DNA from: a virus
IMG/VR virus record: IMGVR_UViG_3300014202_000879
Location: 181,889-207,092 of that record
Strand: one strand, 5' to 3'
Length of the DNA: 25,204 nt
Shown piece after piece: positions 16,188-23,187 of this stretch (within the stretch, counting starts at the first letter, position 1; each line of letters begins with the position of its first letter). Under the pieces are notes generated by a model. That model was not told where the DNA came from. It ran no database searches and saw nothing but the letters and a program-made list of their open reading frames with translations. The translations under genes were made by a program, and so were the position numbers.

Positions 16188-16676
16188 ATGAGCAACAAAC
16201 CGACTGACCTCAACATGACCGAAATCCTCACGTTGATGGTGCTGATTCAGAACAAAGGCCCGTGGAAGTACATGGAGACCCATCTGGCAGACATGCCAGA
16301 TATTCGGCTACTGACCCCCACGAAGGGGATTTTCGAGGTCCTGGAGGCTGCCACGAAAGTGGTGGCCTACCAACACCCGGCCGGTTACTATACCAAATGC
16401 TGGTTCACCAGCACTTTTGGTACGGTTGTCTTGGAAGAGGACAACCACATGGGCACCGCAACCCTCTATCAAGATGGCTGGGGGTTTGCCCATGGCCGAA
16501 GCACCGCCGCCTACCGAGAGGACGCCCGTGATGTCACCGAGTTTTTGCAGTTCAGCCGGGACCAGCTGATCAAGCTCAAGGCAGCCGTGCTTGGTTATGC
16601 TAAAAATATAACCGAGTGTGCTTTTGCTGATGAAGAAAATCATCAGTGGCACCTGAGTCAGAAAGTGACAGCATGA
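16188..16676 (+). CDS. Hypothetical protein
   Basis: Start moved to ATG 16188 (AGGAG SD). 162 aa. Confidence 0.82.
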   Translation: MSNKPTDLNMTEILTLMVLIQNKGPWKYMETHLADMPDIRLLTPTKGIFEVLEAATKVVAYQHPAGYYTKCWFTSTFGTVVLEEDNHMGTATLYQDGWGFAHGRSTAAYREDARDVTEFLQFSRDQLIKLKAAVLGYAKNITECAFADEENHQWHLSQKVTA

Positions 16677-16726
16677 TCGCGGTGATTGCTCTAGCGGTGG
16701 TTGCAGTGATTTTAGCCCTCAAATAA
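16673..16726 (+). CDS. Putative 17-aa hydrophobic microprotein (MIAVIALAVVAVILALK)
   Basis: Not in the ORF track. It has an ATGA overlap with the upstream stop, is entirely hydrophobic plus a terminal Lys, and its stop lies just before the next AAGGAG SD. Confidence 0.5.
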   Translation: MIAVIALAVVAVILALK

Positions 16727-16740
16727 AAAGGAGTGACAAC

Positions 16741-17355
16741 ATGAAGACAATAAGTTTTCACAATGGGATCGGTTCCCGAGGTCGCGAGCACGTCAATCTG
16801 CTAGTGGTCCCGGGTAAAGGGATTGTTCGGTTCAAAGGGGTGTCGATCTCCCCTATTGCCAGAGTGACAGCTTCTACCTATAAGAAGGACGGTAAGTGGT
16901 CAAAAGACACCTGGACCGTCGAGGTCCAGGACGATGTCCTGGGTGTTAGCTACGGCCAAGACTGGGACACCGGTGAGTGGTTCCCAGTGAACACGTGGTC
17001 TGAGGCTGTGAAGCATTTCAGGAAATACATCGGCATCGATGATGGTTTCACTGACCAGATGATGGTTCAAACCATCCGTGCCATCTTCCCGGCCTCGGCG
17101 AAAAGGATCGATGAGGCCGAACAGGCCTATGCTGCTGCCGGGGATCAGCTCCAGGAGTTGCTGGATGCTCAAGAAGAGCTGGCAAAGGCCAGCGAGGAGG
17201 AGGCATCGGTACTCAGGGTGATCGCTCAGCTTGAAGAAGCTGAGGAAATGAAAGCTGAGGCGGCGGCAGTCAGCGCCAGGACTCAAAAAGCCAAGTCCCT
17301 GCTATCGGCAGGGAAAATGAATTTGGCCGACTTGAAAGCGGCCATGGGGCGGTGA
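16741..17355 (+). CDS. Hypothetical protein with C-terminal coiled coil
   Basis: 204 aa, AAGGAG SD, E/A/L-rich helical C-terminus. Flanked by a 14-bp direct repeat. Confidence 0.85.
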   Translation: MKTISFHNGIGSRGREHVNLLVVPGKGIVRFKGVSISPIARVTASTYKKDGKWSKDTWTVEVQDDVLGVSYGQDWDTGEWFPVNTWSEAVKHFRKYIGIDDGFTDQMMVQTIRAIFPASAKRIDEAEQAYAAAGDQLQELLDAQEELAKASEEEASVLRVIAQLEEAEEMKAEAAAVSARTQKAKSLLSAGKMNLADLKAAMGR

Positions 17356-17369
17356 TAACCCCTCAAATA

Positions 17370-17405
17370 AAAAACACTCTACTGGCAACAGGGTGTTTTT
17401 TTTTT
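17370..17405 (+). terminator. Intrinsic terminator, identical to 15261..15294
   Basis: The same 34-bp sequence, here with a T10 tract. Confidence 0.88.
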
Positions 17406-17428
17406 GCTTTCCTATGGATCTGTGCTCC

Positions 17429-17445
17429 TATATACCTAACATGAA
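17429..17445 (+). promoter_or_regulatory. Putative phage promoter motif, copy 5
   Basis: TATATACCTAACATGAA followed by the hairpin AAGAT-A-GACA-ACAG-TGTC-G-GTCTT. Confidence 0.65.
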
Positions 17446-17533
17446 GATAGACAACAGTGTCGGTCTTTGGTTGAGGTAAAGTAAAAACTCAGCTTCCCTG
17501 TATCTATAGTGGATCACCCAAACCCGAAAGGAT

Positions 17534-18358
17534 GTGTATATGAGCAGCATGAAACCCGTCATCGATGTCATCGATGCAAACAAGGTGTCGTTCAGGAAGA
17601 AACTGAACTTCATCATTCCCATTGTGTTACTGGCGATTTTCTCCCCGGTGCTGTTCATGGCATTCGGTGGCATGATTGCCGCTATCGGCATGGTCGTGCT
17701 TTACATGGCCAGCATCAGTGTCATTCCGGTGCTCAACACAAAACTGGCCAATTGGCGCTACGCCAGTCTGGTGAAGGAGGCGGAGAATAACCCCATGCCG
17801 ACCTTGTACTACCGGCTAGAAGCCAGGACCAAGGCCATAAAAGATATCAAGCAAAGTGTGCTCGATAGCAACGTGTCGTTGCGTGGTTTCATTGCTGCGG
17901 CCAAGCGTGCCATGAATGCTTGTCGCGATGAGCAAGAAGCCAATAAGTGGAGGGCGCGGATGCGTGATGCCGAGACCAAAATCGAACATAACCTAGCCAA
18001 CTTCCAAAACCTGCAAAGCAACTTGGAGCAGTACAAATCCACTGTCGAGTTTGCAGAAATTCAGTGGGCTGCTGTGGTGGCTGAGCGTGCCGCCAATATC
18101 GGTGGCGACATCTTCAACGGCACAGCCATGGATCAGCTGATGGAGCGCACCAGTCTGCGGTCGGTCGAGATGAACATGGACAAAAGCTTTGAGCTTATGC
18201 GCATCGAGAACTTGAGTGATCGGCCGCAAAATGTGGTCAGAATCGACGACGCCATGTCGACCGTCAAGCACGACTCGCGGCCTGCTGCAAAAGCCATCTT
18301 TGAGGCAGAAATGCTGCCCAATGCTTCCGTGTACACGGCTGCGAAAACCAAAAACTAA
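17534..18358 (+). CDS. Membrane-anchored PspA/IM30-like coiled-coil protein
   Basis: Two N-terminal TM segments, then 'EAENNPMPTL' (like the helix-start ExP motif of PspA) and long heptad helices. The start may be 17534, 17540 or 17549. The PspA similarity is inference. Confidence 0.6.
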   Translation: MYMSSMKPVIDVIDANKVSFRKKLNFIIPIVLLAIFSPVLFMAFGGMIAAIGMVVLYMASISVIPVLNTKLANWRYASLVKEAENNPMPTLYYRLEARTKAIKDIKQSVLDSNVSLRGFIAAAKRAMNACRDEQEANKWRARMRDAETKIEHNLANFQNLQSNLEQYKSTVEFAEIQWAAVVAERAANIGGDIFNGTAMDQLMERTSLRSVEMNMDKSFELMRIENLSDRPQNVVRIDDAMSTVKHDSRPAAKAIFEAEMLPNASVYTAAKTKN

Positions 18359-18370
18359 GAGGTGAAGACA

Positions 18371-18517
18371 GTGAAGAAATACATAACACAAATCATCCTG
18401 GCTGTGATTTTTGTTGTTGTTGGGATTCTTGCCGTTATGAGCGACAGCGAACCCACCGGCACCAAGAGCAAGCCACCCACCGACGTCAAGAAACCGTATT
18501 CTGGCGTCACATTTTAA
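18371..18517 (+). CDS. Small single-pass membrane or secreted peptide, 48 aa
   Basis: Not in the ORF track. GAGGTG SD and GTG start, giving (M)KKYITQIILAVIFVVVGILAVMSDSEPTGTKSKPPTDVKKPYSGVTF. It fills the gap between two genes. Confidence 0.75.
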   Translation: MKKYITQIILAVIFVVVGILAVMSDSEPTGTKSKPPTDVKKPYSGVTF

Positions 18518-18541
18518 CCACCCCAAACTCAGGAACCCGTC

Positions 18542-19513
18542 ATGAACTCCAAACGTCTCATCTTCGCCTTGTTCGCCGCCCTGATGCTCTTCGTAGCGTC
18601 GCCATTCATCAAGACCGCGCACGCGCAGTCGGCTCTGAAGATGCTCACGGGCGAGCCTTCGGGGACCTACTTTGACATGGCCAGCCAGCTGCTGCCGATG
18701 TGCAAAACCTCGCAGACCATCAGCGTATCGCCGTCCAGTGGGTCGGTGGCCAACGTCGACGCTGTCTTCACCGACAACACAGCGGCGTTCTCTATCACGC
18801 AGATCGAAGCACTGTATGCGCTGAAGGTAGATCCTTCGGTCGTCCAGGTGCTCTTCAGTTTGCATCCCGAGCAGGTGCACCTGATCGTGTCTACCACGCC
18901 ACGAAAGGTATCTACTGGCCGTCTGTCGAAACTTATCGGTGGCGGCGATCCCTTGGTCATCAACAGCAGTTCCGATCTGGCTGAACTCAAGATTGGTGCA
19001 TGGGGTGGGTCTTTGGTGACAGCCGGCATCATCAATGAGAAACTGGATCTGGCTGCTAACATCATCGAGTTCGATACTTCCGATGGCGCGCTGGCTGCTT
19101 TGCGAAAAAACGAGATCGATGCCATCATCTACGTGGCGGGTGTCGGGAACAAATTGGTGGCTGGTCTGAGCATGGCCGACTACCGCCTTCTTCCCTTCAG
19201 TGATGCCGATGTCAGCAAGCTTTCCTCGATGTTTGCCAAGGACCAACTGACGTACACGCGTCTTCGAGTGCGTGGACTGCCCACCATCAGCACGCAGTCG
19301 GTGGTGATCATGCGCGTACCCAAGAAAGGTGCCATCATGAACACAGCCAAAGAGCTGCAGAGTTGTTTCTACGAGAAACTGGAAAGCCTGCAAAGCACAC
19401 CAGGTGTTCGGTCCAATTGGGCTTTTGTCAAGAAGCCTGGTGACGAAGGGTATGTTGCGCCCAAATGGAAAGTATGGTCGCCTGAACCCACCGTTGTGGC
19501 GAAGCAAAAATAA
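18542..19513 (+). CDS. TAXI-family (TRAP-associated) periplasmic solute-binding protein
   Basis: Signal peptide ending AHA|Q, then TGEPSGTY, SSGSVANV, LHPEQVHLI, IGAWGGS and IDAIIYVAG, typical of TAXI/PBP type 2 proteins. Confidence 0.85.
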   Translation: MNSKRLIFALFAALMLFVASPFIKTAHAQSALKMLTGEPSGTYFDMASQLLPMCKTSQTISVSPSSGSVANVDAVFTDNTAAFSITQIEALYALKVDPSVVQVLFSLHPEQVHLIVSTTPRKVSTGRLSKLIGGGDPLVINSSSDLAELKIGAWGGSLVTAGIINEKLDLAANIIEFDTSDGALAALRKNEIDAIIYVAGVGNKLVAGLSMADYRLLPFSDADVSKLSSMFAKDQLTYTRLRVRGLPTISTQSVVIMRVPKKGAIMNTAKELQSCFYEKLESLQSTPGVRSNWAFVKKPGDEGYVAPKWKVWSPEPTVVAKQK

Positions 19514-19525
19514 CCCACCGCGACA

Positions 19526-19566
19526 CACAGCTCCTGCAAACCAATGCAGGAGCTGTGCTTGTTTTT
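19526..19566 (+). terminator. Intrinsic terminator
   Basis: CACAGCTCCTGCA-AACCAA-TGCAGGAGCTGTG followed by CTTGTTTTT. Confidence 0.8.
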
Positions 19567-19616
19567 CATTACCTAAAGATACTAGGCACCGGTTACTAAC
19601 ACCCACACACAAAACC

Positions 19617-20423
19617 ATGACCACAGAAAATCCAACCACAAAAGCCAAGTTGCTGGCAAAGTTGCTTGAGATCGAAGAAAAAAAAGATGTGACTGTCTTG
19701 TTTGCATGCGAGGCCGGTAGTCGTAGCTGGGGTTTTGCGTCGCCTGACAGCGACCACGACCTCAGGTTTATCTACGTGCATCGTTTGCCATGGTACATGA
19801 CGATTACACCAGGAAAAGACTGTATGGTGATCCCTTCTTCCACAGACTCCATCGATATTGTTGGTTGGGATCTGCGAAAAGCAATGGGGCTCATGATGGC
19901 TTCCAACCCCTCGCTCATAGAGTGGTTTCAGTCGCCCACTGTCTATGTCACCAGCCAGTTCCATCTCCGCATGAGGGAAATGGTCGACCAGTTGTTCTCA
20001 GTCACCAGATGCTGGTGGCATTGTAGATCACTGGCCAAGAAGGATTTCATGAAAGACTTCGAAGTCAACACGATCAACCAGAAGTCGTATCTGCACATCG
20101 TTAGATCCCTCCTGATGTGCAGATACTTGGACAAGAACCAGGCCATCGCTCCAGTGGTACTCAAGGATCTGGTGGAAAAAACAATGGACGTCCAGACAGA
20201 ATCAGAAATGATTGGCTTGATCACTGGGCTATCTGTGAAGAAGTCAAGCACCAGAGGGCAGCTGATTGGACCCAGAATACCCGCCATTGATCGCTTCATT
20301 ATGCGTGAGCTTAGTTTCTCTCCACCCGCCCCGGTCTTTACACCGAAAGACAACTTCAAAGAACAAGCAGATGAGCTGTTTTTTGGTACTGTCAAGTTCT
20401 ACGACAAGGCATATCAGCCATGA
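19617..20423 (+). CDS. RlaP/YcgL-like DNA polymerase beta superfamily nucleotidyltransferase
   Basis: Start moved to ATG 19617. ACEAGSRSWGFASPDSDHDLRFIY (GS...DxD), GWDLRKA and SNPSLIEWFQSP motifs. Confidence 0.9.
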   Translation: MTTENPTTKAKLLAKLLEIEEKKDVTVLFACEAGSRSWGFASPDSDHDLRFIYVHRLPWYMTITPGKDCMVIPSSTDSIDIVGWDLRKAMGLMMASNPSLIEWFQSPTVYVTSQFHLRMREMVDQLFSVTRCWWHCRSLAKKDFMKDFEVNTINQKSYLHIVRSLLMCRYLDKNQAIAPVVLKDLVEKTMDVQTESEMIGLITGLSVKKSSTRGQLIGPRIPAIDRFIMRELSFSPPAPVFTPKDNFKEQADELFFGTVKFYDKAYQP

Positions 20424-20782
20424 GCACACAAGACTATTCCAGGTTTGGCCCCTACGCAGGCGCCATGAGGATCGTTACGTCTATGGATACGGACAGGATC
20501 ATAGAGGCTATCGTGAAGGAGCTGAGGAGCTACAAAACCCAGCAACTTCTTGGGTTCTCCAGCAAAGAACAGCTACAAGCCTATCTCGCAGTCGCGAACG
20601 CGCCCCTCAAGTTTCCCACCGAAAATAAGCCTGCTGAAGAGCTTCCCTGTCCTACAGAAGACTTACCTGCCGAAGGATGGCATTTTGAGCCTATGATGGT
20701 GGGCGGTACCATCATTGCGTGGAACGTTTGCCAGAACGACACCCCCTTAACCATCAATAGAAAGTCCGATGATGAGCAGTAA
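20420..20782 (+). CDS. Hypothetical protein
   Basis: 120 aa with an ATGA overlap to the upstream gene. Confidence 0.75.
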   Translation: MSTQDYSRFGPYAGAMRIVTSMDTDRIIEAIVKELRSYKTQQLLGFSSKEQLQAYLAVANAPLKFPTENKPAEELPCPTEDLPAEGWHFEPMMVGGTIIAWNVCQNDTPLTINRKSDDEQ

Positions 20783-21218
20783 GAGAAACACCGACAGCAC
20801 CATTGTTCTGGATCTGGCTGAATTCAGCAACCGCACAGCCGGAGTCCTTCAAAAGAAATTAGAGGAAATTGCGTTTGAGCTGATCAAAGATAAAATCAAA
20901 GACATGTTCCAGGTCGAGTATGTCACCAGCAGTAACGGCTGGTGCGATCTGACCGATGAGCAAAAGGCACGTCACAAATACACCCGACCATACGGTGGCC
21001 GTTACCTGTCGACGCTTTACCCAAAGGCAATAGCTCCTTTGGTTATTTCCTTGGACAAAGCAGCCGAGAACTGCACGGCAAGTTTCGCTTCCCTTGTGCC
21101 TGCTTTGTACGATGAAGCGTACCGCAAGGCACTCCAAGAAGCCATCACCAAAAAAGCCCAACATGACGCCAATAAGTTCGTCTTCTCTGGTAAGCCTCCC
21201 AAGCAACCTGGTTCTTAA
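20769..21218 (+). CDS. Hypothetical protein
   Basis: 149 aa, overlapping the previous stop. Alternative start at 20772. Confidence 0.78.
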   Translation: MMSSKRNTDSTIVLDLAEFSNRTAGVLQKKLEEIAFELIKDKIKDMFQVEYVTSSNGWCDLTDEQKARHKYTRPYGGRYLSTLYPKAIAPLVISLDKAAENCTASFASLVPALYDEAYRKALQEAITKKAQHDANKFVFSGKPPKQPGS

Positions 21219-21219
21219 A

Positions 21220-22062
21220 ATGCACGTGGATGTGACACCCAAAACCATGCAGTCAGACATGGTGTATATCGGGCGCCCATCCACGTACGAAAATACATTC
21301 AGAGTAAAGCAGTTTGGTCGAGGTACGGCTTGTGATTGCTTCGAGAAAAAGTTCGTTCTCGATCAAAGGATCGCCAAAGCCAGAGAAGATCTTCGTGGAA
21401 AGAGGCTGGTGTGCTACTGTCATCCAGAAAGATGTCATGGTCATTTCCTGAGCAGGGTGGTGAACATGGACACCTATACAGGTATAGGGTCAAGAAAAAC
21501 CCCCACCAAGTACCTTCTCTATATGTATGCGGTGGCCAGAGTTCTAGAGAACAATGGTTACATGCTGTATTCAGGCGGTGCAGAAGGCGCAGACACTGCT
21601 TTCTTCAACGGCGTACACGACAAGATCTACACAAAGATCTTTCTGCCATGGAATGGATTCAATGGACTCAGGTCCCAATATACCATACCAGACCAAGCCG
21701 TAGAGATAGCCAGAACCCTGCACCCTGTGTTCGATAGCCTCTCACAGGGTACACAAAAGCTACACTCCAGAAACGTGCAGCAGATCCTAGGACACGATCT
21801 GCACCACCCAACAAACTTTGTTGTCTGCTACACCGACGACGGTGTGGAAACAGCCGACAAAGTTACAAGCAAGACAGGCGGTACAGGAACAGCCATCAAA
21901 CTGGCCAGTCTGCATGGCATTCCTGTGTTCAACCTGAGGAATAAGGATGCCGAACGCAGACTGAGTCTGTATACAGGGATCTTTTTTGGCCACCTGACCA
22001 AACAGGTGTTTAAATCAATGGACGAGAGTCCGCTACGTGACAATGAAAGAGTTATCTCATGA
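21220..22062 (+). CDS. DUF4326-like domain fused to a SLOG (DprA/Smf/YpsA-like) domain
   Basis: Start moved to ATG 21220. N-terminal part: VYIGRPS...LRGKRLVCYCHPERCHG. C-terminal part: YTGIGSRKTP, SGGAEGADTAF, HSRNVQQILG, GGTGTAI, IPVFNL. Confidence 0.85.
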   Translation: MHVDVTPKTMQSDMVYIGRPSTYENTFRVKQFGRGTACDCFEKKFVLDQRIAKAREDLRGKRLVCYCHPERCHGHFLSRVVNMDTYTGIGSRKTPTKYLLYMYAVARVLENNGYMLYSGGAEGADTAFFNGVHDKIYTKIFLPWNGFNGLRSQYTIPDQAVEIARTLHPVFDSLSQGTQKLHSRNVQQILGHDLHHPTNFVVCYTDDGVETADKVTSKTGGTGTAIKLASLHGIPVFNLRNKDAERRLSLYTGIFFGHLTKQVFKSMDESPLRDNERVIS

Positions 22063-22247
22063 CCATCGAAATCAATTCGTTTGTGGTGCTCGTTGTGGCC
22101 ATTTTCTATCTCGGGAAGACCGCCTACGATGTCTACGAGAACAACATGCCTGGCCTGATGGAGGCAGCTGGCCTGTATTTTAAGGTACTGGTACTCGTTG
22201 TGGCGGTGGGCGCAATGGCCATCGGCATACCTGTGCACATACGGTAA
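22059..22247 (+). CDS. Small membrane protein (2 TM)
   Basis: 62 aa, ATGA overlap, two hydrophobic segments. Confidence 0.72.
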   Translation: MTIEINSFVVLVVAIFYLGKTAYDVYENNMPGLMEAAGLYFKVLVLVVAVGAMAIGIPVHIR

Positions 22248-22278
22248 AGCCCCACTGTTTCCATAGGTATTTCGTCGA

Positions 22279-22295
22279 CATATACCTTAATTGAT
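22279..22295 (+). promoter_or_regulatory. Putative phage promoter motif, copy 6
   Basis: CATATACCTTAATTGAT overlapping the hairpin TGATTGAAGG-CAAGTTATA-CCTTCAATTA. Confidence 0.65.
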
Positions 22296-22339
22296 TGAAG
22301 GCAAGTTATACCTTCAATTATCAACTCAAAAGGGTCACC

Positions 22340-22639
22340 ATGCTGCGTTCTTTAAAAGACAAAGTAGGTATTCGATGGAATACCTTGTGTTTCCTTTACC
22401 GTAATGGAGTGGCCAAAACTGCAAGATTTGTAGTAGTGGCTAAAAATCAAGACAGTGTTGTTCTTCTATGTGACTATATCCACGTAGAGGTCAATAACGA
22501 TGTGTTGATTCAGTTTGGTGTGAAGCCGTCTGATCTGAATACTGGTTACAGACTAGAATTTCGGTTAGATGGTTCCTTCACCGGGCGAGTTGATAGAACT
22601 GCGCCATCCTTTTTCCAACCCACTCTCACACTGGAGTAA
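22340..22639 (+). CDS. Hypothetical protein with a small beta-rich repeat domain
   Basis: Start moved to ATG 22340. Contains FGVKPSDLNTGYRLEFRLDGSFTG. Confidence 0.75.
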   Translation: MLRSLKDKVGIRWNTLCFLYRNGVAKTARFVVVAKNQDSVVLLCDYIHVEVNNDVLIQFGVKPSDLNTGYRLEFRLDGSFTGRVDRTAPSFFQPTLTLE

Positions 22640-22642
22640 TCA

Positions 22643-23113
22643 ATGTCCAATACCAAACCCACCGTTTCCCCTTTGAGCCGACTGCTCTGCGCTGCTTTCA
22701 TCGAGTCCGTGGTGGCCAGCGACCCCGAATCGAAGCCCGACTCCACGTTCTTACCTGCCAGCGACCCCGTACAGCCAAGCGAGTCCGCTGGTGACATGAA
22801 TGCCTTTTACGCCTTGCGCGTGGCTTCGGTATCCAAAGACACCGGTGCTGTTTCGGTGGTCAACCATTTCCCAGCGGCCGACCAGACCGACACCGTGTAC
22901 GGTTTTATGGGCGTCGACAACAAAGTCAACACCGGCTTCGATCTGTCCAAGCTGAACAAGGGCGACATCATCTACTTGGACAAAGACTGGAACATCCTGG
23001 GCGTCCGTGCTCACGTCAAGCCTGAAGCCACCACAACCGCCAAAGCAGCAAAAGCTCCCCGTGGCTCCGGCAGCATGGGCGGCGACCGTCTCGCGCGCTT
23101 CTTGGCCAACTGA
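22643..23113 (+). CDS. Hypothetical protein with a small beta-rich repeat domain
   Basis: GGAG SD, strongly C-ending codons. Contains TGFDLSKLNKGDIIYLDKDWNILG. Confidence 0.88.
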   Translation: MSNTKPTVSPLSRLLCAAFIESVVASDPESKPDSTFLPASDPVQPSESAGDMNAFYALRVASVSKDTGAVSVVNHFPAADQTDTVYGFMGVDNKVNTGFDLSKLNKGDIIYLDKDWNILGVRAHVKPEATTTAKAAKAPRGSGSMGGDRLARFLAN

Positions 23114-23187
23114 CAACGCGGCCTTTGGTTGAAAGATCTCATATAGATAAAGACGACCAAAGCGCCTAGTCAGAAATTGATCTGTAA

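Noticed and set aside
15261-17465. Possible CRISPR array or attL/attR prophage boundaries suggested by the repeats
   Set aside because: There are only two copies of each repeat, separated by whole genes, with no regular spacers and no cas or integrase gene in the window.
17993-19648. 551-aa ORF on the minus strand
   Set aside because: It is the antisense shadow of the PspA-like, peptide and TAXI genes. It has no recognisable motifs and crosses a + strand terminator.
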